Below are positions 9,547-19,221 of a stretch of 64,000 bases of DNA, piece after piece. The notes under the pieces are model-generated. The model made no database searches, was not told the DNA's origin, and worked only from the letters and a program-made list of their open reading frames with translations. Made by a program: the position numbers and the translations under genes. Source of the DNA: Candidatus Poribacteria bacterium (GTDB lineage Bacteria; Poribacteria; WGA-4E; WGA-3G); the NCBI GenBank assembly GCA_965242965.1, contig OZ251518.1, positions 3,200,001 to 3,264,000 of the forward strand, given 5' to 3'. Numbering within the stretch: the first letter of the stretch is position 1; each line of letters opens with the position of its first letter.

Positions 9547-10560
9547 ATGGATTACGCGCAAACTTTGAATGAACTTGAAACACTCGTCACCGAAACGTTT
9601 GGGCTCTGGGAGCACAATCGCGTCGGCTTCCAGTGGCGGCACTATACGTGGAATCACACGTTACGCGTGCGCGCGATGAGCATGGAACTCGGCAAGCGCG
9701 AAGGCGGCGACGTGAAACTGCTTGAAGTCGCCGGCACCCTACACGACATCACCAAGCGATACGACGGTGTCATCTTGACTGACGATAATGGACGCAGAAT
9801 TTTGGATCCGAGCGGTTTTTGGCTCAACGAAACCCTCACGCCGAGCGGACAGAACGTCGTCACCGAACTTTACGATAAGCACAACCTGCACGGGAAGGTG
9901 CATCACGAATCGGGGGCAGTCATCACGCAGCACATTTTGGCGCAGTATGACTTTGAGCCGGCGTTCGTTGAAGCCGCCACCGCCATCGTCTTGGCGCATC
10001 TGAAACCGGCGAATCTGACGGCAGAAAACTTCAATCTGCTGTATCGGAACATTGAGAATCAGATTTTATACGATGCCGATACCATGGATCCGAACGTCGG
10101 GTATACCGCCTTTTTCCGGAACATCCATATCCACGCGCACTTCGCGCTCCAACGCGGCAACTTCGATTTGGAGGACTACGTGCGCAATCTCCCGCGCTGG
10201 ATTAATTCCAAGCAGGAATTTGTGGATAAACTGCTGACTGCCGCCTCGCGCGAGGTAGCACAGGCTCGGCAAGATAGGAATCAGCAGCTCTTTTCGCAGA
10301 TGGTAGCGGAGTTGGAGGACATGGAGATAAATCGGAAATACGGGTTACTCGGCTTAATCGAGTATTTCGTCGGTGAAACAGCAGACCCGCATTTTCTGAA
10401 CCAGCTCACCTATTTGCAAACTGAGTGGCTGCCGCAACGGCGGCAGTGGTTGGCAGAGGAGGAGAAAAGTGGTTCAGCCCGCGACCGGGCGCAGGCGGCG
10501 ATTGCGCGCGTGGATGATTTCTTAACGCTGCTCGCCCGCGAAAGCCGCGGGGAGATTTAA
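9547..10560 (+). CDS. HD-domain phosphohydrolase-family protein
   Basis: SD GGAGG; HTLRV...LHDITK...HHESGA...LAH...YDAD metal-binding pattern. Confidence 0.85.
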   Translation: MDYAQTLNELETLVTETFGLWEHNRVGFQWRHYTWNHTLRVRAMSMELGKREGGDVKLLEVAGTLHDITKRYDGVILTDDNGRRILDPSGFWLNETLTPSGQNVVTELYDKHNLHGKVHHESGAVITQHILAQYDFEPAFVEAATAIVLAHLKPANLTAENFNLLYRNIENQILYDADTMDPNVGYTAFFRNIHIHAHFALQRGNFDLEDYVRNLPRWINSKQEFVDKLLTAASREVAQARQDRNQQLFSQMVAELEDMEINRKYGLLGLIEYFVGETADPHFLNQLTYLQTEWLPQRRQWLAEEEKSGSARDRAQAAIARVDDFLTLLARESRGEI

Positions 10561-10562
10561 GC

Positions 10563-11185
10563 GAAGGTGTTTCATATCTTGATTTTATCGTAGCGCGGGG
10601 GCCTGTCCCCCGCGATCGTGGCCTGGCGAGGGACAGGCCCTCGCGCTACGGTGAGGGGGGGGGCGTTTTTTTTCGTAGGGCGGGGGCCTGTCCCCCGCGA
10701 TCTCCATCGTCAAGAGGTGGCGTTTTAGATCCTCTCTGTAGTTTGTGATCGCCTGATCACAAACGGGTCAGGATCAGGCGATCCTGACCTACAGGGCCTA
10801 GCGAGCGAGGCATGGCGAGGGACAGGCCCTCGCCCTACGGTGAGGGGGGGGCGTTTTTTCCGTAGCGCGGGGGCCTGTCCCCCGCGATCTCCATCGTCAA
10901 GAGGTGGCGTTTTAGATCCTCTCTGTAGTTTGTGATCGCCTGATCACAAACGGGTCAGGATCAGGCGATCCTGACTTACAGGGGTGGGGAGGCGTTTTTT
11001 TCACCGTAGCGCGGGGGCCTGTCCCCCGCGATCGGTGCATGGCGAGGGACAGGCCCTCGCCCTACGGTGAAGGAGGGCTTTCTGCCGCCCTATTGCATCG
11101 AGACCAGGAGGTCTCTCCTACGGGGGAGACGGAATCGTTCGGGGTATCACGAAACCCTTTTTACAACAACGAGTTATGAAACGCA
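10563..11185. mobile_element. Degenerate MITE-like cassette filled with REPs and an internal direct duplication of about 190 bp
   Basis: Left end gaaggtgtttcata (10563), partial right end gagttatgaaac (11171). The block ...gatctccatcgtcaagaggtggcgttttagatcctctctgtagtttgtgatcgcc... occurs twice. Confidence 0.65.
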
Positions 11186-11235
11186 AAAACACCGGTAGGC
11201 CCGTTTTGAAACCGCACCTACCGGTCTGGAGGACT

Positions 11236-12099
11236 ATGATGAACAACTTATCACCAGCCGAACTCGGCGCACCGGCAATTCCGTATCCTGCGGAGCTCTA
11301 TCATTTTGACACCGTAGCGGCGGGCATCACCGGTGGCTTTCCAGCCGTAACCGACGCGGAGATTGAATACTTTCATCGGCACGGATACCTCGTCATCAAC
11401 GATGCTTTTAGTGCAACGGAGATTCAGGATGCCGTGGCGGGGATGGTTCATCTCATGGATGGCGGAAACCCCGATTTCCGGGCAATCCAATTTGAACCGT
11501 CGCTTGTCAAACGCAAAGACGAAATGGCACCCGGCGAACGCCGCGACGCCATCAGGAAGATTTTTCGTTTTGTTGACTACGAACCGCGTCTGAACGCCAT
11601 CGCGGAGCACGCGGGGTTACTCGGTGTGCTTGAACGCATGATGGACGCGGCACCCGCACTTTTTCAGGATATGGCGTTGGTGAAGCCACCGATTTTCGGT
11701 TCTGAAAAGCCGTGGCATCAAGATTGTGCCTATTTCAATCTGCCGCTGGGAACGACAGTTATCGGTGTATGGATTGCGTTGGACGAAGCCACGCCTGAAA
11801 ACGGGTGCATGCACATCATCCCCGGCTCGCATAACGAGGGCCCGATGATTCACTTTAAACGGCGCGATTGGCAGATTTGCGACACGCATGTCCCTGTCGC
11901 CCGCGATACGATGGTGCCGCTGCAACCGGGTGGATGTCTCTTCTGGCACGGGTTGCTCCATCACGGCAGCCCGGCGAACCAGTCGGCGCAGCGTCGGCGC
12001 GCCCTCCAATTTCACTATAAACCTGCCGATTGTCCGGAAATCACGACACAGGAACGCATGCAGCACTACGGTAGTGAAGGGAAGGATGTGGACTGCTAA
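11236..12099 (+). CDS. Phytanoyl-CoA dioxygenase (PhyH) family protein
   Basis: WHQD (HxD), WIALDEATPENGCM, LHHGSPAN, RRAL. Confidence 0.93.
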   Translation: MMNNLSPAELGAPAIPYPAELYHFDTVAAGITGGFPAVTDAEIEYFHRHGYLVINDAFSATEIQDAVAGMVHLMDGGNPDFRAIQFEPSLVKRKDEMAPGERRDAIRKIFRFVDYEPRLNAIAEHAGLLGVLERMMDAAPALFQDMALVKPPIFGSEKPWHQDCAYFNLPLGTTVIGVWIALDEATPENGCMHIIPGSHNEGPMIHFKRRDWQICDTHVPVARDTMVPLQPGGCLFWHGLLHHGSPANQSAQRRRALQFHYKPADCPEITTQERMQHYGSEGKDVDC

Positions 12100-12110
12100 A
12101 TCGGATAGTT

Positions 12111-12995
12111 ATGAAAACCTTCTCTTTTGCAATCTGCCTCATGTTGAGCGTCTGGAGTTACCCTGTTGGCGCGGCACTCACCGAAGCCGCCCAACATGTC
12201 CTCGCTACTATTGAATGGGTGGATATCCCGGAAGGCACATTCCTCATGGGTTCGACCTCGGAAGAGGCAGAAGCCGCCTACGAAGACGCGAAGTTGCGGA
12301 GTTCCTTGCTTGAACGGCACACCTTTGACGCGGAAGTGCCGCAACAGCGCGTCTCCTTCGCCGCCTATCAGATATCGCGGTATGAAATCACGAACGCGCA
12401 ATATCGCGCCTTTGTGGAAGCAACCGGCCGCCCTACCCCACGCGGACATAACGGCGAGGATACTTGGGCAGACGAGAAGTTCAACGCCGATAACCAACCT
12501 GTCGTCGGGGTGACGTGGTTTGACGCGCAGGCGTTCGCGGAGTGGATTGGCGGCAGCCTCCCCACCGAAGCGCAGTGGGAACGCGCAGCACGCGGCACGG
12601 AAGGACAAACCTATCCCTGGGGAAACGCACCGCCAAAGGCGCGTCATCACGCCAACTTCGCTCGCCGATACAATCGTCCAATGCCGGTGGGGACGTTCGC
12701 CAAAGGCGCATCACCTGAAGGCATCGCCGACCTGGGTGGAAACGTCTGGGAATGGTGCCTTGATGAATACAGCCCGACATTTTATCAAGATGGACTCCGG
12801 ACGGAGAACCCGATGAACCTCCGCTACCGCGATGTGCTGCGTGCCCGCGTCATCCGAGGCGGTGCGTGGGATGTCGGCAGTGCGTTCCTTCGTTCCGCTT
12901 TGCGATTCAAATTCTATCCGCTTGATTCAACGCATACCATTGGGTTCCGAGTCATCAGACCACGTCCGAAGATTAGGATAGGATTAAAGGATTAG
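12111..12995 (+). CDS. Secreted FGE-sulfatase (SUMF1) domain protein
   Basis: Signal peptide; YEITNAQY, LPTEAQWERAARG, DLGGNVWEW, RGGAW, GFR. Confidence 0.9.
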   Translation: MKTFSFAICLMLSVWSYPVGAALTEAAQHVLATIEWVDIPEGTFLMGSTSEEAEAAYEDAKLRSSLLERHTFDAEVPQQRVSFAAYQISRYEITNAQYRAFVEATGRPTPRGHNGEDTWADEKFNADNQPVVGVTWFDAQAFAEWIGGSLPTEAQWERAARGTEGQTYPWGNAPPKARHHANFARRYNRPMPVGTFAKGASPEGIADLGGNVWEWCLDEYSPTFYQDGLRTENPMNLRYRDVLRARVIRGGAWDVGSAFLRSALRFKFYPLDSTHTIGFRVIRPRPKIRIGLKD

Positions 12996-13004
12996 GAGTA
13001 AGGG

Positions 13005-13262
13005 ATGGCGAGGGACAGGCCCTCGCCCTACGATGAAGTGCCGTTTTTCCCGTAGCGCGGGGGCCCTCGGATGCCATCCGCGCATCCGAGCGGGTTTCCC
13101 CCGCGATCGTTGGAGTGCGCAGATGCTGGCGAGGGGAACCCGCTCGCCTGCGCGTGTGGAAACCTGCGAGGGCCCTCGCCTACGATGAAGGTGTTTTTCC
13201 CGTAGCGCGGGGGCCTGTCCCCCGCGATCGCAGCATGGCGAGGGACAGGCCCTCGCCCTACG
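13005..13262. repeat. REP cluster
   Basis: Short and long class A hairpins in alternating orientation. Confidence 0.85.
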
Positions 13263-13278
13263 AAACTAATACGAATGA

Positions 13279-14928
13279 ATGATGAAACGTTATCTGCTCA
13301 TCCTGCTCATCCTTATTTGCCCAAGCCTCGGTACCGCCGAACCTTTCTTTCGGGATGTCACCGAAGAGATGGGACTTGATTTCCGGCACGTCAACGGATT
13401 TTCCGCCGAACGCCGCCTCGTTGAGACGGTGGGGAGCGGCGGCGCACTCTTTGACTACGATAACGATGGGGACTTAGATCTTTATCTCGGCCAAGGCAAT
13501 TCCCTTGAAAATGTCAGGACAGATGTCCATATCCGTCCGCTATCTTCCGCTACGCCAACAAACCGCCTCTATCGCAACGACAACGGCACTTTCACCGACG
13601 TAACGGAAACCGCCAACGTCGGCGATACCGGGTATGGGCTCGGTGCTGTCGCCGCAGATTACGATGGCGATGGCCACCGCGATATTTACGTGACGAACTT
13701 GGGCGCGAACGTGCTTTATCGCAACAACGGCGATGGCACGTTCACCGATGTGACAGCGCAAGCCAACGTCGGTTGTCCGCTGCTGAGCACAAGTGCCGCC
13801 TTCGCCGATATTGATAGAGATGGCGACTTGGATTTATACGTTTGCAACTACATTGAATACGCGCTGGAGACAGATATCCCCTGCTACCATAAAAAAACGA
13901 TTCGTATTTACTGCGGCCCGAACGAATATCACGGCATCGCCGATGTCCTGTATCGTAATAATGGCGATGGCACGTTCACGGATATTACCAAATCTGCCGG
14001 TGTTTACGAACCCACCACGCGCGGGCTCGGAGTCGTCTTTACCGATGTCAACGACGATAGTTGGCTGGACATCTACGTCGCCAACGACATGAGTCCGAAT
14101 ACCCTTTTCATGAATCAGGGAGATGGCACATTTCGGGAGGAAGGCGTGCTGCGCGGTGTCGCCTACAACGGCGATGGCATCGCAAACGGCTCCATGGGCA
14201 TTGATGCCGGCGATTACGATAACGACGGTGACATCGACTTGTGGGTGACGAACTTCTCGTTGGAGGCGAACTGCCTCGTGCAAAACGATGGCGATGCCTA
14301 TTTTGAGGACGTGACGTTTGACACCGGGCTCGCCGATGCTTCTTTCTATTCCCTCGGCTTCGGCACTCGGTTCATCGATTTTGATAACGATGGCTGGCTC
14401 GATTTACTCGTCGGCAATGGGCATATCTGGGACAACGTCAAGCATATTGACGCGAAAATGAGTTACGCGCAACCCGTGCAGTTGTTCCGCAATCAGCGCG
14501 GCACTTTCACCGAGATTACTGCAGCGGCAGGATTGAATAAGACGCACTACGTCGTGCGCGGGATGCTCTTCGGCGACATTGATAACGATGGCGATACGGA
14601 TGTTGTCCTCTGTCAATCTAACCGTCCGGCGGTTATCCTCCGCAACGAGATAGGGAATAAGAACGCGTGGCTGACAGTGAAGTTAGTCGGACCCGAGGGA
14701 AACATAGATGCCATCGGCGCGCAGGTTCAACTAGAAACAACGGCAAACCTAACGCTGCTTCGTGAAGTTATCTGTGGTGCAAGTTATCTGGCGGGCAATG
14801 ATACGCGTATCTCTTTCGGGTTAGGCGATGCCTCGCGCGTAGAACGTCTTCAAATCCGCTGGCCTGATGGAACCCTTGAACACTTTGATGAAGTCCCAAC
14901 CCGACAGACTCTCACGTTGACACGTTGA
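13279..14928 (+). CDS. CRTAC1-family protein (FG-GAP plus ASPIC/UnbV)
   Basis: Signal peptide; DYDNDGDLDL repeats; DAIGAQV...SFGLG...IRWPDG. Confidence 0.92.
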   Translation: MMKRYLLILLILICPSLGTAEPFFRDVTEEMGLDFRHVNGFSAERRLVETVGSGGALFDYDNDGDLDLYLGQGNSLENVRTDVHIRPLSSATPTNRLYRNDNGTFTDVTETANVGDTGYGLGAVAADYDGDGHRDIYVTNLGANVLYRNNGDGTFTDVTAQANVGCPLLSTSAAFADIDRDGDLDLYVCNYIEYALETDIPCYHKKTIRIYCGPNEYHGIADVLYRNNGDGTFTDITKSAGVYEPTTRGLGVVFTDVNDDSWLDIYVANDMSPNTLFMNQGDGTFREEGVLRGVAYNGDGIANGSMGIDAGDYDNDGDIDLWVTNFSLEANCLVQNDGDAYFEDVTFDTGLADASFYSLGFGTRFIDFDNDGWLDLLVGNGHIWDNVKHIDAKMSYAQPVQLFRNQRGTFTEITAAAGLNKTHYVVRGMLFGDIDNDGDTDVVLCQSNRPAVILRNEIGNKNAWLTVKLVGPEGNIDAIGAQVQLETTANLTLLREVICGASYLAGNDTRISFGLGDASRVERLQIRWPDGTLEHFDEVPTRQTLTLTR

Positions 14929-14959
14929 CGAGTAGGTGGAAGGTATTGCAGGCCAGCGA

Positions 14960-15702
14960 AGCAGGATTAGGAGCAGGATTTCCACGATTTATCACGATTT
15001 CCAGGATTAGGAGCAGGATTTCCACGATATGAGCAGGATTTACCAAGATTTATCACGATTTATCACGATTAGAGTCTCCGTTTAAAGATACGGAAACCTC
15101 TCGCAACCTATAGGCGTTCGGAACGCTTTCGGACTTGCAAGAACACTGTCGCTGTAAGTGAAACGTAATCTTGCTAATCTTGTTAAATCTTGTGAATCCT
15201 GCTCATATCTTGCTCATCTTGTCTTCTCTTGTAAATCCTGCTCGTCTCTTGCTACTCTTGCAAATCATGAGCAGGATTTCCACGATTATCACGATTTCCA
15301 GGATTAGGGTTCTGATGCGCCGGCACCGTTCTGGCAGGCCACGGGGTATTTGATGCCTCAGCACCCCAAAATCTTGCTAATCTTGTTAAATCTTGTAAAT
15401 CATGAGCAGGATTATCACGATTTCCAAGATTTCCACGATTAGAGTCTCCGTTTAAGGATACGGAAACCTCTCGCTACCTATAGGCGGTTGGAACGCTTTC
15501 TGTCTTGCAAGAACACTGTCGTTGTAAGTGAAACGTAATCGTGCTAATCTTGTAAAATCGTGTAAATCCTGCTCATCTCTTGCAAATCATGAGCAGGATT
15601 ATCACGATTATCACGATTTTCAGGATTAGGGTTCTGACGCGCCGGCACCGTTTTGGCAGCCCCCCGCGGTGTTGGTGCATCAGAACCCCAAAATCCTGCT
15701 CA
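14960..15702. repeat. Inverted arrays of a degenerate 9-mer (CAGGATTTN/NAAATCCTG) with a 370-bp-period tandem duplication
   Basis: agagtctccgtttaa...gtgaaacgtaatc at 15071 and 15441; gggttctga..gccggcaccgtt.tggcag at about 15307 and 15629. Confidence 0.8.
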
Positions 15703-15710
15703 AAAGATTC

Positions 15711-15739
15711 TTGACAACAATTATTATTCATGCTATCAT
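15711..15739 (+). promoter_or_regulatory. sigma70 promoter, probably for a leaderless mRNA
   Basis: TTGACA-17-TATCAT with TGc extension; the ATG (15746) is 7 nt after the -10 and has no SD. Confidence 0.65.
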
Positions 15740-15745
15740 TAACCC

Positions 15746-16090
15746 ATGAAAATCGTTGAAGAAAGAGAAGCATGGATTTACACGCACTTCATCGTGGATA
15801 GTTTTTTCATCACTGAATCGGAACGGCGGCAGATTTCTACTCGCGTTGAGCCGGAGTTAATCCAACTCGGCATCCAATATGGCCTGACGTATACCCTCGC
15901 GCCATCGAAACATCGCGCCATCATCGTTTTGGAGTGCATTCCGTTTGATTCGGTGAAAGCCGCGGTGAAGCAACTGATTAACGATGTCATCGCAGATTTC
16001 CCGGTTCGGCACCCTGAACAGCGGAACGTTGTCACCAACATCACCGTCGCCGAACCAGAACCAGTCAATGCCCCAGGCCTGGGGCAGTAA
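15746..16090 (+). CDS. Hypothetical protein
   Basis: 114 aa ORF with natural composition directly behind a consensus promoter. Confidence 0.7.
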   Translation: MKIVEEREAWIYTHFIVDSFFITESERRQISTRVEPELIQLGIQYGLTYTLAPSKHRAIIVLECIPFDSVKAAVKQLINDVIADFPVRHPEQRNVVTNITVAEPEPVNAPGLGQ

Positions 16091-17414
16091 GCACGTGCGT
16101 GCCGACGGTGCCATCGGTAATGTTAAAAATCGATGGGAATCTGTCGCGCCAGCCATCGTTTGCACTTGGACAGAATTGGCGTGCGTTTCCCTCAATTGCG
16201 GTGACACCTGGGATGCGAGCTGCCAGTCCTGCGGAATGCAAGAACGACGCGCCCGGGCACGTTAAATCCTGCACGGCGAGGAACATGCCGTATTCCGCTG
16301 CGGCGGCACCCATCAGCAAGGCTTGCGATTGCCCTTTACACGCCTTAAGCGCAACGCCGGAATAGCCTTGTTCGCGTGCCAACAGAAACGTCTCGAAATC
16401 GGTGAGCGATTCGTCAATCACGACAGGTTTTATCGCCGCGGCTTGATGCATCCGATTTTCAGGGTGCGCCTTCAAATCCCGGGCGGTGGGTTGTTCGATG
16501 TAGGCGAGGCGGTGAAATGCCTGTTCTTCTGTTTCGCGGATGCGATTAAGGAATTCAAGGAGGTATGCGACATCTTTACACGTTTCATTGAAATCGGCGG
16601 AGTAGTGCCACGTGTGAACGCCGCGTTTCGCTTGTGTCTCCGCGGTGATTTTATCAATCGCCAACACACGCGCTACGTCCCAGTCCAGATTATCGCCGTT
16701 CAATTTAATCTTGAGATGCGTTAGGCCATCTGCTATAATCCATTCAGGGAGTGTTTCGGGTAAGCCGTCATTGAGCCGTTCCTGCATATCGGCATCGGTT
16801 AAGGCATCGAGCGCGCCGATGAGATGGTAGAGCGGCATGGTAGGCTTCGGCATCCGCGCCGTATACCTGTCTAGATATTTGCCGGTGAACCTGTCATTCA
16901 GGAAATGTGACAAATCTGCGCTGACGAACGCCTCGCCGAGTCCGTTGTAGCTGTTGATACCGTTCGCTTTGCCGAAGGCATCGTGAATGGCGGCATCAAT
17001 AGGGCTCGTGGTAACGACGGTGCAAAGTTTCGGCATCGGCGAATTGAGTTGCATCTCATGAGAGAGTTCATCGGCGATGCGCAGAAATTCCGGTTCAAGC
17101 ACTTCGGAGAGTTCGAGCGGATGCGCGCAGATAGTGCAATCGCGTGTCGTCGCCACTGCCAATTCGGCGAGTCGTTTCATCGCCGCGAGACTCTGTTCAA
17201 ACGGCGCGTAGCGCGGCGGAAATGCCCAGACGTTGCCGAGCGGCATGGAGCCGGTGCCTTCTGCCTCTTTTCCGTCGCGCGTCTGCACTTGCAGCCGGAC
17301 GTTAAAGAGAATACAATGTTCTGTCGGTACCCCACCGAACTTCAGCGGCGTGCGGTAGTGGTGCGCTTCAAAATCGTAATCAACATCGAGGATACGAATA
17401 TCGGTAGTTCTCAT
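16065..17414 (-). CDS. Enolase-superfamily (mandelate racemase/muconate lactonizing enzyme-like) protein
   Basis: LKIKL (KxK), SADFNE, YIEQP, VIDES, VALKACKG. Confidence 0.85.
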   Translation of the reverse strand: MRTTDIRILDVDYDFEAHHYRTPLKFGGVPTEHCILFNVRLQVQTRDGKEAEGTGSMPLGNVWAFPPRYAPFEQSLAAMKRLAELAVATTRDCTICAHPLELSEVLEPEFLRIADELSHEMQLNSPMPKLCTVVTTSPIDAAIHDAFGKANGINSYNGLGEAFVSADLSHFLNDRFTGKYLDRYTARMPKPTMPLYHLIGALDALTDADMQERLNDGLPETLPEWIIADGLTHLKIKLNGDNLDWDVARVLAIDKITAETQAKRGVHTWHYSADFNETCKDVAYLLEFLNRIRETEEQAFHRLAYIEQPTARDLKAHPENRMHQAAAIKPVVIDESLTDFETFLLAREQGYSGVALKACKGQSQALLMGAAAAEYGMFLAVQDLTCPGASFLHSAGLAARIPGVTAIEGNARQFCPSANDGWRDRFPSIFNITDGTVGTHVLTAPGLGH

Positions 17415-17614
17415 TTCTTTGTTGTTCCTAGTTTCTTTGTTGTTCCTAGCGGTTGTTTGAGGTTGTCTTGGCGTATTGGCTTCAATTTATCAGACCGTCT
17501 TGACGTTGTCAAGACTTGAAACTCTTGGCCAGGGCATGCGAGTGAGCTCAACACCTTCTCTGCCTGATTCGGTTTCCAAACAGGCGTTGAACAACGCCTC
17601 GCGAACATGTCTGT

Positions 17615-17643
17615 ATGATACACGAATGTATCTGAAATGTCAA
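17615..17643 (-). promoter_or_regulatory. sigma70 promoter of the enolase-family gene
   Basis: Minus strand TTGACA-17-TATCAT. Confidence 0.6.
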
Positions 17644-17683
17644 GTGTTTTGTTGCGCCGATAGTTCCTTAACGGCAGCAACGC

Positions 17684-17972
17684 AATCCTGGAAATCCTGC
17701 GAAATCCTGCGAAATCCGGAGCAGGATTATCACGGTCACGCCTGTCAAGACGGTCACGCCTGTCAAGACGATCAGGTTTTCCTGATTGTCCCTCTTCAGG
17801 TTTTCCTGATTGTCCCTCTTCCAGGATTTACCAGGATTAGGTCTCGGGTGCGCCGGACACCGTTTTGGCATGCCACGAGGTATTCCACCTATCAAAACCT
17901 ATAATCTTGCTCAATCTTGTAAATCTTGTAAATCCTGCTCATTTCTTGCTCAAATCTTGCTCAAATCTTGCT
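17684..17972. repeat. 9-mer AATCCTG/CAGGATT repeat cluster with short tandem duplications
   Basis: acggtcacgcctgtcaag x2 and caggttttcctgattgtccctctt x2; the same motifs recur at about 61430. Confidence 0.75.
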
Positions 17973-17973
17973 T

Positions 17974-19209
17974 ATGAACTACAACGGAAAACTTCAACAA
18001 CTGAAGCAACTGCTTGATACACATCACGAGTATCGGCAAACCTGCCTCAACCTTATCGCTTCGGAGAATACGCCATCGCCGATGGTAGAAGCACTGCTGG
18101 ACGAACGGCTCGCGCGGCGGTATGGTAACTATATCGGCATCGCGCTTTCGCAGCGGCACTACAAAGGCAATCGCCACATCGTCGAGATAGAGGCGTTCAC
18201 GCACGAGTTAGCGAAAGAGCTCTTCGGCGCGTCTTACGTCGATTTTCGGCCCCTTTCCGGCAATATCGCCGGGATTGCGGCGACGTTCGCGCTGTGCGAA
18301 CCGGGGGATACGGTGCTGGAAGTTGACGATGGGCACCGGTATGCCTATAAATTGGCATCGTCTTCACTGAAGGTGAACCTCAAATCTATTCCGATTCCGT
18401 GGGATGCGCCTCGTTCAAACATCGCGCTGTCCGAAACCGTCGCGCTCATCGAGGAACACCGTCCGAAAGTGGTGAATATTGGGACAGGCGTGTTCCTGTT
18501 TCCACAGCCGGTTCGGGAGTTGAAGGAAGCGATGCGCCGTGCTAATCGGGATGCATATCTCATCTACGACGCTGCACATGTCATGGGGCTCATCGCCGGT
18601 GGGCGGTTTCAATCGCCTTTTGAGGAAGGCGCGGATGTGATTATTTCCAGCACACATAAAACCCTCGCCGGCCCACAAGGCGGCATGATATTAACCAACG
18701 ATAAATCCATCGCGGAACGGGTTGCGGAGACGCTCTATCCGTTGCTGATGAGCAATCACCATCTGAGTCGGCTCCCCGCGTTAGCCGGAACGTTTTTAGA
18801 ATGGCTGGCATTCGGAGAAGCACATGCGGATGCCATCGTGGCGAACGCGCAGGCTTTAGGACAGGCATTGGCAAACCGCGGCGTGCCAATGCTTGCTGCC
18901 GAACTCGGTTTCACAGCGTCGCATACGTTAATACCGATTATAGATAGATATGGCGCAGGCGGCGAACTCGCCTCACAACTGGAGGCGTGCCATATTATCG
19001 CCGGTGCTCTCGAATTGCCGCCGGAAGTGGGAACCTCTGGACTCCGCCTCGGTGTGCAAGAGGTAACCCGATGGGGGATGACACCGGCAGACGCACCAGA
19101 GATTGCAGACTGCATCGTCGCCGCACTCACCGGCGCGAGCCCTGACGTTGTCAAACCGAAAGTGGCACAAGTAGCGCGCCGATTCAATACAGTGCGCTGG
19201 ACGCTATAA
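17974..19209 (+). CDS. Divergent serine hydroxymethyltransferase-like PLP enzyme
   Basis: LNLIASEN, YDAAHVMGLIAG, SSTHKTLAGPQGG, SGLRLG; lacks the canonical YAEGY and GGHLSH motifs. Confidence 0.85.
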   Translation: MNYNGKLQQLKQLLDTHHEYRQTCLNLIASENTPSPMVEALLDERLARRYGNYIGIALSQRHYKGNRHIVEIEAFTHELAKELFGASYVDFRPLSGNIAGIAATFALCEPGDTVLEVDDGHRYAYKLASSSLKVNLKSIPIPWDAPRSNIALSETVALIEEHRPKVVNIGTGVFLFPQPVRELKEAMRRANRDAYLIYDAAHVMGLIAGGRFQSPFEEGADVIISSTHKTLAGPQGGMILTNDKSIAERVAETLYPLLMSNHHLSRLPALAGTFLEWLAFGEAHADAIVANAQALGQALANRGVPMLAAELGFTASHTLIPIIDRYGAGGELASQLEACHIIAGALELPPEVGTSGLRLGVQEVTRWGMTPADAPEIADCIVAALTGASPDVVKPKVAQVARRFNTVRWTL

Positions 19210-19221
19210 ATAGGAGGAACT

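Noticed and set aside
5981-12995. FGE/C-type-lectin-fold genes as diversity-generating retroelement targets
   Set aside because: No reverse transcriptase and no template repeat differing at adenines was seen in the window.
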